From assembly GCA_964019335.1 (NCBI GenBank), contig OZ025689.1, forward strand, positions 124,001 through 188,000: 64,000 bases of DNA. The letters are read 5' to 3'. The DNA is from Diplonema japonicum (taxonomy: Eukaryota > Protista > Euglenozoa: Diplonemea). This document shows, piece after piece, positions 58,017-64,000 of the stretch (position 1 is the first letter of the stretch; the number at the start of each line of letters is the position of its first letter). The notes beneath the pieces were generated by a model that saw nothing but the letters and a program-made list of their open reading frames with translations, ran no database searches and was not told the DNA's origin. The position numbers and the translations under genes are program-made.

Positions 58017-60521
58017 TTAAAACTTACAAGGTGCTGGTTTGCACCTCGGGTCCACGTCCTCCCCAGGCTTTCCTCGTATCAAAAGCTGGCTGCTTTCCCA
58101 TTTTTTGGTCTGTTTGTGTGTGGGTGTTGTGTTGTAAAGGGCAGCATACAAATGGCTTCATTTCCTTCTTCTTCCCAAAGACACCGGGGACTCTGACTGC
58201 ATAGGTCTCCGCCTTGTCTTTGGTCTTCTCCTTCACCACCCCCACGCTACCGGCGCTGGCGATCACCTGCTCGCCGAAAACTAAGTCGGTTTTGAGTATC
58301 ACCCTTTGCCCCACTGGAAGATCTAATCTTTCTGCCGAACTGGCAGGAGTGGGGGTAGCCGGTATGGGTTCAGGTGTAGCTGGGTTGGGCTTCGGTGTAG
58401 CTGGGATGGGTGTAGCAGGAGGAGGAGGTGGTGGTGGTGGTGGTGGCGGGGGAGGAAGAGTCGGAGGCAACAGTCGGGGTCGGGCCGTCGGGGCCATGAT
58501 CCTACCGCCTCTTGCAGTGCCACCGCCCCGTGCACTACCGCCACCCCGTGCAGTCGGCACTCCACCACCCCCCCTCCCTCTTCCATGTCCCCCAGGTTTC
58601 TCGTTCGCAGCTGGCAAAGCAAGCCCCGATGGTACTGCCTGTGGTATCACCACGGGTACGGGCGGCGTTGGTGTAACAACTTCGCTAACGGGTACCCGTG
58701 CGACCTTCTTCAAAGGTGAATGAACTACTTCCAACTCTGTACCCCTGTTTTAGTTGTTCTTGAGACCTCCTTCACATACTTGTACCACGACGTGCCGCCG
58801 TAGGGCCCTTTCACGAGGAACACATCGTCTTGCTCGTCGACAATGATGCCGACATCGCTGCCCTCAAGGACACCGTCCTCACGAGAGAAGCGGCGAAGGA
58901 CAACATGCTCGCCTGTAGCAGGGCGGGCACGGGAAACCGCAGGTGTAATGGGAGCAACCGCAAGTGCTTTGGGAACTGGGGGAACTGGGGTGTCCTTGTT
59001 GTCAGCAACAGGGGCAGGAGTGATGAGGGGTACAAAACTAAGCAACGATGGGCTCACGATGAGGCTTACAGGCCACACCGACGTCGTGGAGTCGAGGTGC
59101 GAGAGCTGCATCACCTCGTCAGGTGACACAGACTGAATTGTTTCTCTGAGGGGCACCACTAACGCAGGCTGTCCACATTTCCCTTTCATGTCCTCTGTCC
59201 ACAGTTCCTTGGACACCAGCTCTGTCGCTTCCTTGGCAAAGTCACAGTCACTTGTTACACCCACCACAGCCCCTTCTGTCAGAGAGGGGAATAACAGTGG
59301 CTGCAACACTCTCAACGGGAATTTCCAGGTGCCGGAGGGAGCAGCGACCTGTACGCTGTTCTCTGTTTTGTTTGATTCGACGATCACAACCTTTGTGCCG
59401 CACACAGCTGCCATGCCTGTCTTCCACGGTAGGCTGCTTAGGCGCGTTAACTGTTGAGTTCAAGAATTTGGAGGAAGGTCATACCTCCTCACATCTTTGT
59501 ACTACCCTCACTGTCTCGTTCTTCACCACTTCGAACCACGTCAGTCTGAGGCTCTTTACCACCAGCTCTGGCCAGGCCCTCACTATGCTGTCGTCGTGGC
59601 GCACCATCACTGTCTTGTCCGCCTCGACGCTTTCTACGATTGCTCTTCGCCCTGCAAAGCGGATCAAGTAGGGTAGCTTGTGTCCGGTGGAGCGGAGCTG
59701 TGTTTTCCACGTTGCAAGGGCGACTGGGGCATACCTCACTGATCATGTCTGAGATCACCACTTCCTCGCCTTCTGCGAGCTCCACCTGCTCCGCGGCAGG
59801 CCGCGGTTGTATTTCAGTGCTCCACTTTGCATCTGCGCCAAAAAAGTGCACGTCAAGGGCAGCAGCGGCTTCGGACTAGAAAAAATATGAAAGGGGAAAT
59901 AGGTCATACCATAGTAGCGAGGACAGGCCAAGTGAGAGCGATGCCGTCGTGGTGGCGGAGGCGGATGCTGCCTGCAGCACGGTCGGCTGCGTCGTATCGG
60001 ATAACGGTGGCAAACCTCCCGCAGTAGGAGGGCATGGAGGGGGACCAGCCTACGGCGGGGGTGGCATGGGTGAGGGCAAGGATTCCCTTAGGAGAGACTG
60101 CGACGAGGACGTGGTCGCCTATACGGATTGCTTCCGGATGGCCCTCGATGTCGAGACGGTCTTTGATCATGCCTACGATCTGGACGGCTTTGAGGGGCCA
60201 CGTTACGGATCGCCCATCGTAGTGCGTCACACGCAGTACACCGTCCATCCTGTCTGTTGCATCATACCGTGTGACCTTCCCTGTCTGCCCACAGTACTGT
60301 TCCATGCCTTCCCGCCACCCAGCGTTAGGTGACACACTGAATGCCTGCTTCACTAAGATCATGTCCCTCAGCACCTGCACTTCAATGCCCTCCCAAGGTT
60401 CCACCCTGTTCAATTCCTTCACAGCTGCCTCCGCATCAATATCGGACACAAGCGTCAGATACCTCACCCCCGTCACCACCAGCAGAAACACGAGCAGTCC
60501 GGCCCATATCCTGCTGCGCAT
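58017..60521 (-). CDS. Membrane-anchored protein with repeated SH3-like (Mind bomb repeat-like) modules and a Pro-rich linker; five GTATG-AG introns
   Basis: Repeated W...M..YCG..G.V...D......V.WP units. The ORFs join in frame through five short introns. Confidence 0.7.
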
Positions 60522-60769
60522 CACCAACTCCTTTCCTGTTTTTTATGTCTTGTGGCGAAGGTAGGTTTAAATAGATACAAAGTACTTTTTTTTTTCCTTC
60601 CGTGGATGAAAAGCATCACCCTCTGTCTACAAGATAAAAAAGGGAACAAAAATATAATAAAAGGAGAGGGGGGGGGGGGGGGGGGGACAAATACAGCATA
60701 AAAGCCCTAATTTTTTAACAAGAAATGGTACAATGCTACTACATACAGAAAACTGGAGGGGAAAAAAAA

Positions 60770-63355
60770 TCATGCATCTAGGGAGCTAGAGAGGCGGCGC
60801 CAATTTAGAAGCGCGTCCTCTGCCGCTGAAGTGGTGTGTGGTTGCGTTACGTAATCGTTGTAGTGGTAAAGAGAGCCGTCCTGAAAGGTTTCGTCCTCCT
60901 CGTATACTTCCTCATGATATGCCTCCTGCGGGCACGCTTCACCGTAGGACTCATAGTCACAGTAGTCGTACTGCGGAGGCTGCACCTGCTGCTCCATTTG
61001 GTAAGATGGTACACAGTCAGCGCTCACGCTTCTTACACCAGCTTTCTCTCCGGCCTTTTTGAATATGTTGTGAGACGCATTGCATATGGTTGGCGTAAAG
61101 GTGCAAGCTTGCATCTCTGCATCAGCTTTGCTCTTCCTCAGTTTTTCGAGCTTCATCCTTCTCTGCTTTTCATGCATTGCGCTGCGTGTTGCGAACTGCT
61201 CTGTTGCAACGCTCCTGTGAGAAGATAAAAGAAAGGGCGGGGGTGGGTTTCTTTTCGAAAAAAAACACACCTCTCACTGTCTGCCACTGATGCCGCATAG
61301 GACGTCGAAGCACCGCCAACACTGTTGTGTCCCTTGCTGAACAGGACCGCACCATGTTGCACACCGCCCTCCTGCTCCTTGGAGTGGGTTTCGTAAAGCG
61401 GTTTACGCTCGATGCGTGAAACGATTTCTTGCGTGGTTCTGAAGGGTGGATTTACAATGTGCGGGGCCAACATACTTGCTCAGCTTCGATTTGTGTACTT
61501 TGCTCTCGTTCTTCAAACTTTCCTTTTGCAGCCTCCTCCGTTCTGCTTGTTGTCCTTGCGACAGCAACCTATGAATCACCGCGTCGGGCTCTGGGTTCTC
61601 TTGCTTTTTTGAAACCCTTGTGAACAGCATCCCGCCTCTCACCTGGCTTGGCGGGCTTGGGGGTGGTGACGTGTGTTTCGATGTGATGCTCGGTGTGTAC
61701 CTAGGCTTCCCTGTCGTCTTGTCGTACTGCGCCTTCTCCGTGGCTTTGTTCACACGCTGTTCGTGCTTCATCGCCCGCATAGCTGCGTCGTTGTACAGTC
61801 TGTCCCCTGAGCACCCCTTGCGGTGTAGGTTGGAAGCCGTGGATGTGATGTTTGGCTTGAACATGTATGGGTCCGCCTTCGCGGGGCTACGCGTCTTGCA
61901 GTGCTTTTCAAACCTAGCCCCCCAGTTCTTCACAGGGCCCTGAGCACGGTCCCGCGTCAGCTCCTCTGATTTCTTTGACATGGCCACCCTCCTGTTCTCC
62001 TGGTCCTCCATCGTGTTTTCCTTGTTTTTCCGAGTGAGCGCATCATCTTTGGACGCTTTGACCTTGCTCGCCCACTCAGCCTGCCGCTGTGCAAACCCTC
62101 CTTTGACGCTCTTCGCTTTTGACGTGATTACAGGACCGCGTGAGAGGCGCGACATCTCCTCCAGGATTTTCGACTCGCGTTCTTGCTGAAGCTTATCTTG
62201 TCTGTGGTGCGGTGATAACCATGTGCGGTGACATACTTCAGCTGCTCCCTTGCAGCGCCAGCGAAGTACAACCTCTCGCCAGGTTCCATATGCTTCATAG
62301 AAGGCTTCTCTGGTGAAGGCGTTTTGGTGTTGGGGGATGCAGAGGTGCGCGGCGGCGAGTGGTACAGCACGTGCGTCTGGCGGCGCATCTCCTCCTCACG
62401 CCGCATGTCGCGGTCCGCCTGCACCAGCACCACCTCGTCGTCCTTGATTTGCTTCCTGCATGATGTTGCTCAGGTGTAATAAAACATACCCCAAAAGCCT
62501 CTGGTAGGCTTTATCATCGATCTGTTGGATCCTAAGCGGCGACTGTGAATTGCCGGACTTCACACCAGGTGAACGCGAAGGCGACCTCGACAACGCACCC
62601 AGCGCCTCGTACTCGCCTGTCATGCCGTTTGAGGCTGTCCACACGCCAGACGTGTCATCGAGCAGCACGCCATGCCGCCAAAGCATTTCGCGTATCTGGT
62701 CACCTTTTTCATACTCGCCCGAGAGCACGTACTCCACCCGCTCATCACACAGCAGGTTGATCTCCTCTATAGGTATCTCGTCATTGTCACCGTCCGCAAC
62801 TGTTTCATGTTCCGGTTCTAAGTCAGGCTCGAGCTCTGGTTCCAAGACGGCCACGTGTTCGGATTCTTGTTGAAGTGCTTCATCATCGCATGCGACAGGA
62901 ACAAGAAGTGGCTCACTAGGCTCCTCTTCACGTGCCGCATCAAAACTAGGCGGTGTCACGGGCTGCACAACATTGTCGGTGTCCTTGCTGCCGCTCTGGG
63001 CGGGGCTCTCCTCTGGCGGATTCAGCACAGGGATGTCCCTGATAATACCCATAGCCCTGTCCTCGCGTTCTGTCCTTGCTTGCTGCGCCTTGCCCAGTGC
63101 TTCTGCTACCCTAGTTGCGTCGGCTAGCACCTTGCTGATCCCTGCCAGAGGCAGGTTTCGTCGCCTTCTGTTGGCCTCCTTTCCATCGGCAATGATGAGG
63201 CTTGATGTGCGGGACCTATTCGGCACCATGTCAGGCGTGGGGGGTGTGATCGTGCTCGAGGAACGCGTTCTTTTAAGGGCGCTGTCGCCGCTTTCACTAG
63301 ACTTGCTCCCTGTAGGGACCATGACAGGGGAACCCCGCACCACAAGCTCGTCCAT
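60770..63355 (-). CDS. Coiled-coil protein with F.P.I motifs; four introns
   Basis: Five ORFs joined in frame by GT-AG introns. GERLY/GDRLY and FKPNI/CTFTPTI motifs. Confidence 0.7.
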
Positions 63356-63486
63356 TTTTCCTTGTCACCCTGTGATGCGGTGATGTTGTCGAGGGGAGGA
63401 AGAGGGGAAATAATTCACTATAATGGGAAGAAGTGTTAGCAACGACCCACCAGCCAAAGAAAAAAAGAAGGGGTCGAAGTCTAAAC

Positions 63487-64000
63487 TCACGTCGTTATGC
63501 TGTTGTAAGCCGCCAGAAGAGGGGGGGTTGCCTTAAGTGCGAGGCCTGTGATGTTCGCCATGACAGCGTCCGCGTGTTGCTTGTTATTGGCAGCGGCACA
63601 GAGCTGCATCATGTTGGTGTGGATACGCGGGCTTGTGGCGTTGTAAGTTTTGAGTGCTTCGATGTACTTTTCGTGACCGTCCTCAAGGGAGCCTGTTTGC
63701 ACACAGCCTTTGATGAAGGTGCTGTATGTGATCTCCGAGGGCTTAACAGATTCGGCAAGCCTTGTCCACGCACTGTGAAGGGGCCGCATCGCTCCCAAGT
63801 CTTTGTAAACGGCTAGTAATGCGGTCCACTCTTTGACGGTGGGCACGATACCGCTTGCAATGCACTTTGTCCAGATCTCTTCGGCGAGGGTGGTATTCGA
63901 GTCGCATTTGCCGAGAACTGCGAGGAGCGTGAACCTGTCTGGCGTGACAGAAGTCTTCTTCAGCATGTAGGTGAACAGTTCGTGTGCATCGTCAGCATTG
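63487..64000 (-). CDS. Pentatricopeptide-repeat protein, 3' part
   Basis: PDRFT, GIVPTVKEWTALL, VKPSEITYSTFIKGC. Confidence 0.8.
   Translation of the reverse strand, partial: NADDAHELFTYMLKKTSVTPDRFTLLAVLGKCDSNTTLAEEIWTKCIASGIVPTVKEWTALLAVYKDLGAMRPLHSAWTRLAESVKPSEITYSTFIKGCVQTGSLEDGHEKYIEALKTYNATSPRIHTNMMQLCAAANNKQHADAVMANITGLALKATPPLLAAYNSITT

Overview
Gene-dense eukaryotic nuclear DNA, most consistent with a euglenozoan that retains cis-introns (diplonemid-like; this is inference). All ~27 host genes lie head-to-tail on the minus strand, as in a polycistronic unit. Introns are short (33-87 nt) and GT-AG, mostly with GTATG donors, and many are poly(A)/purine-rich with no polypyrimidine tract. 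Genes include PEX22, two identical phosphoserine aminotransferase-like copies, two CDK-like kinases, BRF1, a USP10-like DUB, a carnitine acyltransferase, an RPA1-like protein, a carboxylesterase, centrin, an MFS transporter and a PPR protein. The strongest hidden signal is an AhpD/CMD-family peroxidase with a probable mitochondrial presequence. Its CxxC active site is written C-G-Y-TGA, so it is a candidate selenoprotein split in two by the ORF track, with a SECIS-like structure downstream. Intergenic spacers hold about 13 5'-truncated LINE or LINE-tail insertions that all appear co-oriented with the genes and end in T-rich rather than A-rich tails. They also hold four decayed DNA transposons, a box C/D snoRNA antisense to the SSU rRNA 3' end, and a ~520-nt structured element that may be a SINE or ncRNA.
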